Assembly: GCA_021739625.1 (NCBI GenBank) | Contig: JAIPBJ010000001.1 | Coordinates: 2,553 to 66,552 of the forward strand | From: Flavobacteriales bacterium | Lineage (GTDB): Bacteria; Bacteroidota; Bacteroidia; UBA10329 | Direction of reading: 5' to 3' | DNA: 64,000 nt | Shown: positions 28,383 through 37,145 of the stretch, in pieces | Layout: each line of letters begins with the position of its first letter | Numbering within the stretch: position 1 is the first letter of the stretch | Program-made: the position numbers and the translations under genes | The notes under the pieces: model-generated | Told to the model about the DNA's origin: nothing | The model's input: the letters and a program-made list of their open reading frames with translations, nothing else | Databases searched by the model: none

Positions 28383-29546
28383 TCAATCCTTTATACAACG
28401 CACGGAAAACCCACGAAATTTGGCAGCACTCTCTTTCATCGGATACGTTGAATAGCTGATAGTTCCGTAATACCATGCTTCCTTCTTGTCACGTTCAGAG
28501 GAACTCCACCAAAGGCCTTTGACCGCGATATCTTCAAAGGTGCCTTTATGGCCCACCTGACCGCCCGGAAGCGCTGAGAACCCACTTTCATTCGTTGCCC
28601 CCAGATTGGGGCTTTCCCAATGACGAGTGCCTTGGGTCTTCATCTTGCTACCTGCATTCCATCCTATGAAACTGAAGGCGGTCGGGTTGTCAACAGTGGC
28701 ATCTATTGAATTCAACAAGGCGAACCATTCCTGCTGCTTCGGCACATGCCAGCCCTTTGGGCATAGCCCTCGGGCAGCACCCACCGCATACCAATTGTAG
28801 AGCTTGCCATAGGTGACCCCTTTGGCACCGTCATTCCCATAGTGCGCCCATGCCCCTGTGGCGAGGGTCTTCCAAGCGGTATTGTCGCTAACGTGGGGAA
28901 TCGAATCGCCATTGGCATAGAGGGCCGTGGTGAGGTTCTCTGCGAACCAGCATTGGTCGCCTATGCCCACAAGGGCGTAGGTATGGCCGTTGTGCTCCAA
29001 TCTTGCCGGGTCACCGCAAAGGCACTTGGTGATCAGTCGGTGTGCCGCCTTTTTCGGGAAAGCACCTTTGTTGCTTCCGGCCTCGACCGCGAACCTGATG
29101 GAGTCGGGGATGACCTTGCCGATGGACTTTTGAAGGTTGTCCTTGTGCCGTTCGAAAGCGGTGTTCCAGCCAACGAGATGATCGGTCATGCTGTCCATGG
29201 CTGCGGCAGAAATGCCCATATCCTTATAGTGGCCCTTGTGCTTCTTCAGATGGGCCAGCATCTCGGTGTTGAGGCCGTGCAGCGCGGATGCGTCCCGGAA
29301 AGTTTTGCCATTTTTCGCATACGACCGATAGGTCTTCTCGCTCTCCATCACTAGCCCGATGAACCTGCCGCAGACCGTTGTCGTGTCGTGTGTTTCGGCA
29401 AGGATAGCTGGCCTTGCAGGTCCCGCACTGCATTGAACATGAGAGCTGCACAGCACGAGAAGGCTCAGGAATGCTGGGACGAGAAGAAGAGTTGACGCGT
29501 ATCTCTTTCCGTCTTCATGGCTTGAAGTTTCCGTCCATGAAGGCAT
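28383..29546 (-). CDS. Fibrobacter succinogenes major paralogous domain (FISUMP) protein
   Basis: IGDQCWFAENL, YGKLYNWYA, LCPKGWHVP, NESGFSALPGG, WWSSS, GFSVRCIKD. Start uncertain (29546-29590). Confidence 0.8.
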   Translation of the reverse strand: MPSWTETSSHEDGKRYASTLLLVPAFLSLLVLCSSHVQCSAGPARPAILAETHDTTTVCGRFIGLVMESEKTYRSYAKNGKTFRDASALHGLNTEMLAHLKKHKGHYKDMGISAAAMDSMTDHLVGWNTAFERHKDNLQKSIGKVIPDSIRFAVEAGSNKGAFPKKAAHRLITKCLCGDPARLEHNGHTYALVGIGDQCWFAENLTTALYANGDSIPHVSDNTAWKTLATGAWAHYGNDGAKGVTYGKLYNWYAVGAARGLCPKGWHVPKQQEWFALLNSIDATVDNPTAFSFIGWNAGSKMKTQGTRHWESPNLGATNESGFSALPGGQVGHKGTFEDIAVKGLWWSSSERDKKEAWYYGTISYSTYPMKESAAKFRGFSVRCIKD

Positions 29547-29655
29547 TGTGAATAGTCTCTCCATCTTCCCGCAGCTCTGCCCATTACGCATGCCGCGAAG
29601 GTACGAAGGCGGGTGAAGGAAGTCTTGGTGGGGTTTATTGGGGGTTGGAAAGAAG

Positions 29656-29750
29656 AAGTTCCACCGATGGTAGCGGAAGGTTCCGCTGTCATAGCGAAAG
29701 TTCCACCGATGGTGGCGGAAGGTTCCGCTGTCGTAGCGGAAGTTCCACGG
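29656..29750. repeat. Short tandem array of alternating 21-nt blocks (42-bp period)
   Basis: AAGTTCCACCGATGGTAGCGG / AAGGTTCCGCTGTCATAGCGA / AAGTTCCACCGATGGTGGCGG / AAGGTTCCGCTGTCGTAGCGG / AAGTTCCACGG. Confidence 0.85.
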
Positions 29751-29775
29751 ACCATGAAAATCCTCTTCCCGCGAC

Positions 29776-29917
29776 CTACCCTCTTGTCTGGAGCAAGGCA
29801 TACCCAAGGTAGCTCACCCCCATTATCCCCGCGAACACAGCCGCCAGCCCCGGATTGTACCACGCCATGGCGATGATGCTGAACGTGGCGATGCCCAGGG
29901 CCAGCGCGGGGATGATT
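29776..29917 (-). pseudogene. Displaced duplicate 3' end of the ethanolamine permease gene
   Basis: 29800-29893 is 92/94 identical to eat 31425-31518. The fragment reads IPALALGIATFSIIAMAWYNPGLAAVFAGIMGVSYLGYALLQTRG-stop. Confidence 0.85.
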
Positions 29918-29948
29918 TAACAGTTAACATTTTTCGCACTAAAAACGT

Positions 29949-31043
29949 TTAATCATGGGAACCTTTGAAAATACCGTCTTCAATGTCTTCCTTTTTGCCG
30001 GTTGCGCCTCTTAGATTTGCATGTTTGAAATCTGCTCCTGTCCAAATCGCTCCTGTGAGGTCTGTATCCATCAGGTATGCACTTCTGAGATTTGCTTCCG
30101 TGAAATTGGCTCCTTCGACATTAGCATGGCACATGTTGGAATTTTGGAGGTTTGCTCTTTGAAATTTTGCTCTGCGGAGGTCTGCTCTGTGAAGGTCTGC
30201 TCTCTCGAGATCTGCTCCTTGAAAGGTTGCTCCTTGGAGGTTTGCTCCTTCGAAGCTTACATATCTTAGGTTTGCCCCTTCAAGGTTTTGTCTTTCGATG
30301 TTTACTCGTTTGAGAGTTGCTCCATTGAGGTGTGCCTCTCTTAGGTCTGTACCTTTAAGGTTTGCCATATTGAGGTTCGCACACACGAAGCTTCCGCCTT
30401 CGAGGTTTGCGCCTTCGAGGTTTGCACCTTCGAGGTTTGCACCTTCGAGGTTTGCATTTTTGAGATTTGCGCCTTTTAGGTTTGCATTTTTGAGATTCGC
30501 TCCTTTGAGGTTCGCATCCCTCAGATTTGCATTTTCGAGATTTGCATCCCTGAGATTTGCATTTTCAAGATTTGTCCCTTGAAGGGTTGCCCGTTCAAGA
30601 TTTGCATTTCTGAGAGTTGATGCCTTGAGTTCTGCCCGACTTAGGTCAACGCTTTTGAGAAGTGTCCCGTTCAGCATTGCACTATTGAGATTTGTGTCCC
30701 TGAGAATTGACCGTTCAAGATTTGCCTCGTTCAATTCAGCAAATTCAAGATTCGCTCCCCCAAGGTCAGCATCACAAAGCCTCGCCCCACATAAATCAGC
30801 TCGATATAGGTTTGCTTTTGAGAGATCAACTCGGTTGAGCCATGCTTTAGTGAGAGTTGCAAAACTGAGGTCTGTACCAATGAGCTTGGCTCCCCTGAGA
30901 TCTGCCTCTATAAGGTTTGCGGAACCTAAATTTAGACCAGAAAGATTTGCTTGTTGTAAGTCTTTTTTCATCAAATCCACCTTTGCTTTCCCGCCAGTGC
31001 TATTTATTAATTCAACTACCAGCTCCCTTGTTATGCTCTCCAT
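29949..31043 (-). CDS. Pentapeptide repeat protein
   Basis: Almost entirely A(N/D)Lxx repeats; distinctly AT-richer than flanking genes. Confidence 0.9.
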   Translation of the reverse strand: MESITRELVVELINSTGGKAKVDLMKKDLQQANLSGLNLGSANLIEADLRGAKLIGTDLSFATLTKAWLNRVDLSKANLYRADLCGARLCDADLGGANLEFAELNEANLERSILRDTNLNSAMLNGTLLKSVDLSRAELKASTLRNANLERATLQGTNLENANLRDANLENANLRDANLKGANLKNANLKGANLKNANLEGANLEGANLEGANLEGGSFVCANLNMANLKGTDLREAHLNGATLKRVNIERQNLEGANLRYVSFEGANLQGATFQGADLERADLHRADLRRAKFQRANLQNSNMCHANVEGANFTEANLRSAYLMDTDLTGAIWTGADFKHANLRGATGKKEDIEDGIFKGSHD

Positions 31044-31358
31044 TTTGATCAACTTGAATTTGATGTAACCCCCGTCCCCCACTTGTTTAGGTCATAGACT
31101 GCAATAATGAACGCGTCTTCGATTTAAGTAGTTGAATTGCGTTCGTTGGTCTTATCGTGCTCTTCCTATGCGTTTTGAAGTTCAATTTCCAGATGCACCA
31201 ACTATGCTTCGCCCAAGATAGAAAGAAACACTTCTTGTTAGAGGGCAATCGAACTTAATTTCAGTCGCAACGAGGCGAGGATACGATTAGATCCTAAGTA
31301 CCATTTTAATGATTCGTCCTATTGGCATCCAGTGTCACTGAGATTGCGACAACGCTTC

Positions 31359-32750
31359 CTACAAATCTGCCGAAATGTTATCGGTTCCTTTTTCCTCCAA
31401 CCATTTCCCTCTGAAAAAGAACAGATACCCAAGGTAGCTCACCCCCATTATCCCCGCGAACACAGCCGCCAGCCCGGGATTGTACCACGCCATGGCGATG
31501 ATGCTGAAGGTGGCGATGATCAGCGCCAAGGCCGGAAACACGGGATAGAACGGCACCTTGAACGGCCTTGGCATGTCGGGCTCCTTTTTGCGCAGCACAA
31601 AAAAGGACACCATGCTGATGATGTAGAGCGCGAGCGCCCCGAAGCAGGCAATGGTGATGATCTGGCCCGTTTTGCCCGTCATCAGTGCGATGATGCCGAT
31701 GCCCATGTTGAAGATGAGCGCGTTGGCGGGCGTCCGGAATTTGGAATGCACCTGCCCCAATCCCCTTGGCGCAAGGCCATTGCGGCCAAACTCGTAGGTG
31801 GCGCGCCCCGCAGCGAGAATGATGCCGTGGAAGGAGGCCACCAGCCCCAGCAGCCCGATGGTGAGCAGCAGGTGGTACATCGCACCGCTGTCGCCCACCA
31901 CATGCGCCAAGGCCAATGGCAGTGGACTGTCCGAAGCGTTGCCCTGCGCATCATAGACCACCGCCTCCCAGCCCGCAACCCCTACAGACGACACGAAGGT
32001 GAGGATGCATAGAATGACCAGCGTGAGGATGGCCGACCCGAAACCGAGCAGCACATTGCGCTGCGGGTTCACGGTCTCCTCCGCCACATTGGCCACGCCC
32101 TCTATGGCGAGGAAGAACCAGATGGCGAACGGGATGGCCGCGAATATGCCCGGTATGCCGTTGGGCAGGGCGTTGGTGGTGAGATGCACCATTTCGAACG
32201 ATGGCAGCGTTACGCCTGCGAAAATGAGCAGTTCGGCCACGGCAAGGATGGTGATCACCAGTTCGAACATAGCGGCCGCCTTCACCCCCGCAATGTTCAA
32301 GGCCGTGAAGGCGAAGTAGGCGAGGATGGCCAGCCAGGGGAGTTCAAAGTTGAAGGTTCCAAGTTCAATGAGAACAGGCTCAGTCTTGAGAAAGAGTTGG
32401 AAGTATGCCCCGATGGCGGCAGCGATGGCGGGCGGTGCGAACACGAACTCGATGATCTGCGCCATGCCGCCCACAAAGCCCCATTTGCGGCCCAAGGCGC
32501 GGTCGGCATAGTCGAATGCCCCGCCCGCCTTCGGGATGGCGCAGGCCAGTTCGGTGTAGCTGAATGTGAAGGTCACATACATCACGATGATGAACAGCGT
32601 GGCGATGCCCAGTCCAAGCGTGCCGCCCTCGGCCAGCCCGAGATTCCACCCGAAATACATGCCGCTGATGACGTAGCCCACGCCCAGCCCCCAGAGCATC
32701 ACAGGGCCAAGGGTGCGTTCGAGTTTGGGGGAGTTTGGCCGGATTTCCAT
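31359..32750 (-). CDS. eat: Ethanolamine permease (APC superfamily)
   Basis: LWGLGVGYVISGMYFGWN, FSYTELACAIPKAGG, IEFVFAPPAIA, PFAIWFFLAIEG, GLVASFHGII; about 12 TM helices. Confidence 0.88.
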   Translation of the reverse strand: MEIRPNSPKLERTLGPVMLWGLGVGYVISGMYFGWNLGLAEGGTLGLGIATLFIIVMYVTFTFSYTELACAIPKAGGAFDYADRALGRKWGFVGGMAQIIEFVFAPPAIAAAIGAYFQLFLKTEPVLIELGTFNFELPWLAILAYFAFTALNIAGVKAAAMFELVITILAVAELLIFAGVTLPSFEMVHLTTNALPNGIPGIFAAIPFAIWFFLAIEGVANVAEETVNPQRNVLLGFGSAILTLVILCILTFVSSVGVAGWEAVVYDAQGNASDSPLPLALAHVVGDSGAMYHLLLTIGLLGLVASFHGIILAAGRATYEFGRNGLAPRGLGQVHSKFRTPANALIFNMGIGIIALMTGKTGQIITIACFGALALYIISMVSFFVLRKKEPDMPRPFKVPFYPVFPALALIIATFSIIAMAWYNPGLAAVFAGIMGVSYLGYLFFFRGKWLEEKGTDNISADL

Positions 32751-32809
32751 CACGAGCGCAAGTTCAAAAACTATGGTCAACTTGCAACCTTCATCCAATG
32801 GAATTGAAC

Positions 32810-33862
32810 ATGGCCGACATCATCATTTACGGAGCTTACGGATACACAGGCGAACTCATTGTGAAAGAGGCGTTGCAACGCGGCCTTGCGCCCCTATTGA
32901 GCGGTCGCGATGCGCAGAAACTGGAGGCCGTGGCCAAGCGGTTCGGCCTGCCCTTCAAGACCTGCAACTTGAGCAGCACAGCCGAACTCGATAGTCTGTT
33001 GGCGGGTGCCAAGGTGGTGATCCATGCCGCTGGGCCGTTCCTACACACGGCACGGCCTATGATGGAGGCATGCATCCGCAACGGGGTGCATTACACCGAC
33101 ATCACGGGCGAGATAGCCGTGTTCCAGATGGCGCACAGCCTCGATGCGAAAGCGAGGGAGAAGGGCGTGATGCTGATGTCGGGCACGGGGTTCGACATCG
33201 TGCCGAGCGACTGCCTCGCGGCCCATCTCAAGTCACGGATGCCCGATGCGGAGAGTCTGGTGATGGCGTTCCACAGTGGCGGAAAGGCATCGCGTGGCAC
33301 CAGCCTCACCGTGGTCGAAGGCATGGGCATGGGCGGAGCCATCCGCGAGAACGGGAAGCTGAAGGCCGTGCCCGATGCGTTCGACATCCAGCGTTTCGAC
33401 TTCGGGGAAAAGAACCTGACGGCCGTCACCATCCCGTGGGGCGATGTGTTCACGGCCTATTTCAGCACGGGCATCCCCAACACACGGGTCTATATGTCGA
33501 TGCCCGAGAAGATGGCGAAGGGGCTGCGCTGGGGCCGATGGTTCGGTTGGCTCACGCGCTCGGAATGGTTCAAAGACCGGCTGCGCAACAAGATAAAGGC
33601 GGGAATACCGGGGCCAACGGATGCTGAGCGGGCCAAGGGCCGGATGGACCTCACAGGGTTCGTCACCAATGCCAAAGGCGAAAAAGTCACCTCCTCCATC
33701 CGCACGCCCGAAGGATATACGCTTACTGCGCTCACGGCCGTGCACATCGCCAACGAGGTGGCACAGGGCAATCTCCGCGCGGGATTCCAGACACCGAGCA
33801 TGGTGTATGGGAAAGACCTCGTCACGAAGTTCTCGGAGAAGGGGTTCGAGGACCGGGATTGA
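32810..33862 (+). CDS. Saccharopine dehydrogenase-like NADP-binding oxidoreductase
   Basis: IIYGAYGYTG, AAGPF, HYTDITGE, GFDIVPSDC, GFQTP. Confidence 0.88.
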   Translation: MADIIIYGAYGYTGELIVKEALQRGLAPLLSGRDAQKLEAVAKRFGLPFKTCNLSSTAELDSLLAGAKVVIHAAGPFLHTARPMMEACIRNGVHYTDITGEIAVFQMAHSLDAKAREKGVMLMSGTGFDIVPSDCLAAHLKSRMPDAESLVMAFHSGGKASRGTSLTVVEGMGMGGAIRENGKLKAVPDAFDIQRFDFGEKNLTAVTIPWGDVFTAYFSTGIPNTRVYMSMPEKMAKGLRWGRWFGWLTRSEWFKDRLRNKIKAGIPGPTDAERAKGRMDLTGFVTNAKGEKVTSSIRTPEGYTLTALTAVHIANEVAQGNLRAGFQTPSMVYGKDLVTKFSEKGFEDRD

Positions 33863-33895
33863 ACGGATGCTGATGGGCTGCCGTAGCAGCATGGA

Positions 33896-34885
33896 TCATC
33901 CGTAATTCTCCTTGAACCATTGGAGGGTGACGGCCATGCCTTCCTTCAGTTTCACATTGGGCTCATAACCCAGATAGGCGCGGGCCTTGCTGATGTCGGC
34001 CAATGAGTCACGCACATCTCCCTTACGCTCCTCGCGGTAGGTGGGCTGCACATCGCTTCCTACCAATTCGCGTATCGTGTGGAACAGCTCATTGACCGTA
34101 AAGCGTTCCCCACAGGCGATATTGTAAACCTGTCCCGTGGCTCCCCGGACATCTGTGAGCAGGGCACGGATGTTGGCCTGAATGGCATTGTCCACGTAGG
34201 TGAAATCGCGCGACTGCTCGCCATCGCCATTGATGTAGGGCGACCTGCCTTTGAGCAGGGCATCCATGAAGAGTGGGATCACCGCTGCATAAGGGCCGTC
34301 TGGCTTCTGGTTGGGTCCGAAGATGTTGAAGTAGCGCAGTCCGATGACCTCCATTCCATAGTTGAGCGCATAGACACCGGCATACACCTCGTTCACAAAC
34401 TTGGAAGCTGCATAAGGTGACAGCGGGCTACCGATGTGCTCCTCCACTTTGGGCAGGCGGATGCTGTCGCCATACACACTCGATGAGCTGGCATAGACGA
34501 ACCGTTTCACGCCACTGTCTTTGGCAGCAGTGAGCATATTGAGGAAGCCGGTGACGTTCGCGGCATTGGTCTTCAAAGGGGTGTCAATGGACCTGGGAAC
34601 CGACCCGAGGGCGGCCTGATGAGACACGTAATGTACTCCCCGACAGGCCTTCATACAGGTCTCCGTATCGGTGATGTCGCCTTCAACGAACTCGAAATTG
34701 GGCAAACGGAGGAATGGCTGGATGTTCTGGATCCTGCCCTCACTCAGATTGTCGAGTACACGGACTTTCCCAACGCCATTCCTGATCAGGTACCCGACAA
34801 TGTTCGAGCCTATGAATCCGGCCCCACCGGTCACCAGAAAGGCGAGATCGCTGATGTCGTTCTTATGGTGTCTGGTCGCTTGCAT
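33896..34885 (-). CDS. UDP-GlcNAc(A) 4-epimerase (WbpP/TviC-like SDR)
   Basis: VTGGAGFIGS, HQAALGSVPRS, ASSSSVYG, SPYAASK, LRYFNIFGP. Confidence 0.88.
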   Translation of the reverse strand: MQATRHHKNDISDLAFLVTGGAGFIGSNIVGYLIRNGVGKVRVLDNLSEGRIQNIQPFLRLPNFEFVEGDITDTETCMKACRGVHYVSHQAALGSVPRSIDTPLKTNAANVTGFLNMLTAAKDSGVKRFVYASSSSVYGDSIRLPKVEEHIGSPLSPYAASKFVNEVYAGVYALNYGMEVIGLRYFNIFGPNQKPDGPYAAVIPLFMDALLKGRSPYINGDGEQSRDFTYVDNAIQANIRALLTDVRGATGQVYNIACGERFTVNELFHTIRELVGSDVQPTYREERKGDVRDSLADISKARAYLGYEPNVKLKEGMAVTLQWFKENYG

Positions 34886-34951
34886 TGAAGGGGTTCGATG
34901 TTCACAGTTCAGGTGTTCATGGTTGGCAGAGTATGGCCATCGGCCCGATGC

Positions 34952-36004
34952 TCATCTTTCCTGATACTGTTTCGTGTAATAATGTTGATAGCTGCCGCTG
35001 GTGACATTGTTCAGCCAGCGTTCATTGGCAAGATACCAGTCCACGGTCTTGGGCAGTCCTTCCTCGAAGGTGAGGCTCGGTTGCCAGCCCAACTCCCGTT
35101 TCAGTTTCGATGAATCGATGGCATAGCGCAGATCGTGGCCCGCACGGTCCTGCACGTAGGTGATAAGTTGGGCCGAGGTGCCCGGTTCGCGGCCAAGTTT
35201 CTCATCCATCACCTTGCACAGCAGGTGGATAAGGTCAATGTTCGTCCACTCGTTGTTGCCTCCTATGTTGTAGGTCTCACCCGCCCCGCCCTTGTGAAAG
35301 ATCACATCGATTGCCGAAGCATGGTCTTCCACATAGAGCCAGTCGCGCACATTCTCGCCCTTGCCGTAGATGGGAATCGGGCGGTTGTTCACAATGTTGT
35401 TGATGGCCAATGGAATCAGTTTCTCTGGGAAATGATTCGGGCCGTAGTTGTTGCTGCAGTTGCTGATGACCACTGGCAGTCCGTAGGTGTGGAAATAGGC
35501 CCGCACCAAGTGGTCGCTGCTGGCTTTGGAAGCTGAATAGGGGCTGCGGGGGTCATAGGAGGTCTCTTCGGTGAAAAGGCCTTCTTCGCCCAGCGAACCA
35601 TATACCTCATCGGTGCTGATGTGATAGAAGCGCTTGCCTTCGAAATTGTCCTTCCATGCGATGCGTGTGGCATTCAGCAGGTTTACCGTTCCTTCGATGT
35701 TGGTGCGGATGAAGGCCATTGGATCGGCAATGGAACGGTCCACGTGCGACTCTGCGGCCAGATGGATCACACCATCGGGACAGTGTTTGGCAAACACTGC
35801 GTTCACAGCGGCAGCATCGGTAATATCGACCTTCTCGAACATATAGTTCGAGGCGTTCTCCACATCTGCAAGGTTCTCAAGGTTGCCCGCGTAGGTAAGT
35901 GCATCAAGATTGATGATGCGGATGTGAGGATAGCGGTTCACGAATCTGCGCACAACGTGCGAGCCGATGAAACCTGCACCTCCGGTAATGACGATTGTTC
36001 TCAT
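34952..36004 (-). CDS. rfbB: dTDP-glucose 4,6-dehydratase
   Basis: TGGAGFIGS, LTYAGN, HLAAESHVDRS, HISTDEVYG, PYSASKASSD, NCSNNYGP, GHDLRYAID. ATGA overlap with the galE stop. Confidence 0.95.
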   Translation of the reverse strand: MRTIVITGGAGFIGSHVVRRFVNRYPHIRIINLDALTYAGNLENLADVENASNYMFEKVDITDAAAVNAVFAKHCPDGVIHLAAESHVDRSIADPMAFIRTNIEGTVNLLNATRIAWKDNFEGKRFYHISTDEVYGSLGEEGLFTEETSYDPRSPYSASKASSDHLVRAYFHTYGLPVVISNCSNNYGPNHFPEKLIPLAINNIVNNRPIPIYGKGENVRDWLYVEDHASAIDVIFHKGGAGETYNIGGNNEWTNIDLIHLLCKVMDEKLGREPGTSAQLITYVQDRAGHDLRYAIDSSKLKRELGWQPSLTFEEGLPKTVDWYLANERWLNNVTSGSYQHYYTKQYQER

Positions 36005-37041
36005 AGTCCCAAGGTTTGGCAATGTTGTTCCCATGCCCATGCCGATCGCAATGCCTCTTCAAGGCCCAGTCCGGCCTTCCAGCCAAGCTCAGCATTTGAA
36101 TAGACGGTATCTGCATAGACCTGTGTGATATCGCCCGCTCTTCTTGGGCCGATGCGATAATTCAATGACCTGCCGCTCACCTTTTCAAAGGTCCGGATCA
36201 CCTCAAGAACAGTTGAACCACTTCCGGTCCCGATGTTGAACACTTCATAGGTGGCCTTCTGCTGTCGGTCGAGCAACCTGCCGAGGGCCCGGATATGCGC
36301 CTTGGCAAGATCTACCACATGAATGTAATCGCGTATGCAAGTACCGTCAGGAGTGGGATAGTCGTTGCCATGAACGGTAAGCTGCTCGCGTTTTCCTATA
36401 CCCGTCTGGGTGATGTAGGGCACAAGGTTGTTGGGTGTGCCGAGGGGCAGTTCACCGATGAGTGCGGACGCGTGTGCCCCGATGGGATTGAAATACCTCA
36501 GCGCAACCACCATCAATGAAGAACTGGCCGAGGCATCGCGCAGCACATCCTCACATATCCTCTTCGTGTTGCCGTAGGGCGACTCGGCATCTTTGCGCGG
36601 GGCCGATTCGTTCACGGGAATCACATCGGGCTGACCATAAACGGTACACGAGGAGGAGAATACGATGCTTTCCACCCCATGCCCGGCCATGCACTCCAGC
36701 AGGTTCACCGTCCCACCAACATTCACCCGATAGTACATCAGTGGAAATTGGACAGACTCTCCAACGGCCTTCTTTGCAGCGAAGTGGATGACCCCTTCAA
36801 TCTGTCCGTGAAACTTCTTGAAAACCCCGTCCAACGCCTCGCGGTCAGTGATGTCCACCTGCTCGAACAGTGGTCGTTTGCCACTGATCTGGGCAATGGC
36901 ATCCAGCACCTCGATGCGGGAATTGCTCAGGTCATCGACCACCAGCACCTCGTGGCCCGCCTGTAGCAGTTCCACGACCGTGTGTGAACCTATGAAACCT
37001 GTGCCGCCTGTTACGAGAATCAACTTGGGTTCAATTATCAA
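36001..37041 (-). CDS. galE: UDP-glucose 4-epimerase
   Basis: VTGGTGFIGSHT, HFAAKKAVGES, FSSSCTVYG, SPYGNTK, LRYFNPIGAH, DGTCIRDYIHV. Confidence 0.95.
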   Translation of the reverse strand: MIIEPKLILVTGGTGFIGSHTVVELLQAGHEVLVVDDLSNSRIEVLDAIAQISGKRPLFEQVDITDREALDGVFKKFHGQIEGVIHFAAKKAVGESVQFPLMYYRVNVGGTVNLLECMAGHGVESIVFSSSCTVYGQPDVIPVNESAPRKDAESPYGNTKRICEDVLRDASASSSLMVVALRYFNPIGAHASALIGELPLGTPNNLVPYITQTGIGKREQLTVHGNDYPTPDGTCIRDYIHVVDLAKAHIRALGRLLDRQQKATYEVFNIGTGSGSTVLEVIRTFEKVSGRSLNYRIGPRRAGDITQVYADTVYSNAELGWKAGLGLEEALRSAWAWEQHCQTLGL

Positions 37042-37145
37042 TTAATAATGAGATATTATCAGTTGGGGCCTGTGATGAGGAGGTTCGGCCCGTTTCCCCC
37101 AATTGCAGATCGACAGTTGCAGATTGTCCATCGCAAATTGAATCC

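Noticed and set aside
29547-29807. N-terminal extension of the FISUMP ORF (WNFRYDSGTF repeats)
   Set aside because: It reads through the 21-nt block array and the eat relic; the hydrophobic signal-like segment starts further downstream.
28383-31518. Diversity-generating retroelement (FISUMP target plus near-identical repeat pair)
   Set aside because: The repeat pair copies eat, not the FISUMP 3' end; the mismatches are C/G rather than adenine-specific; and no reverse transcriptase is present.
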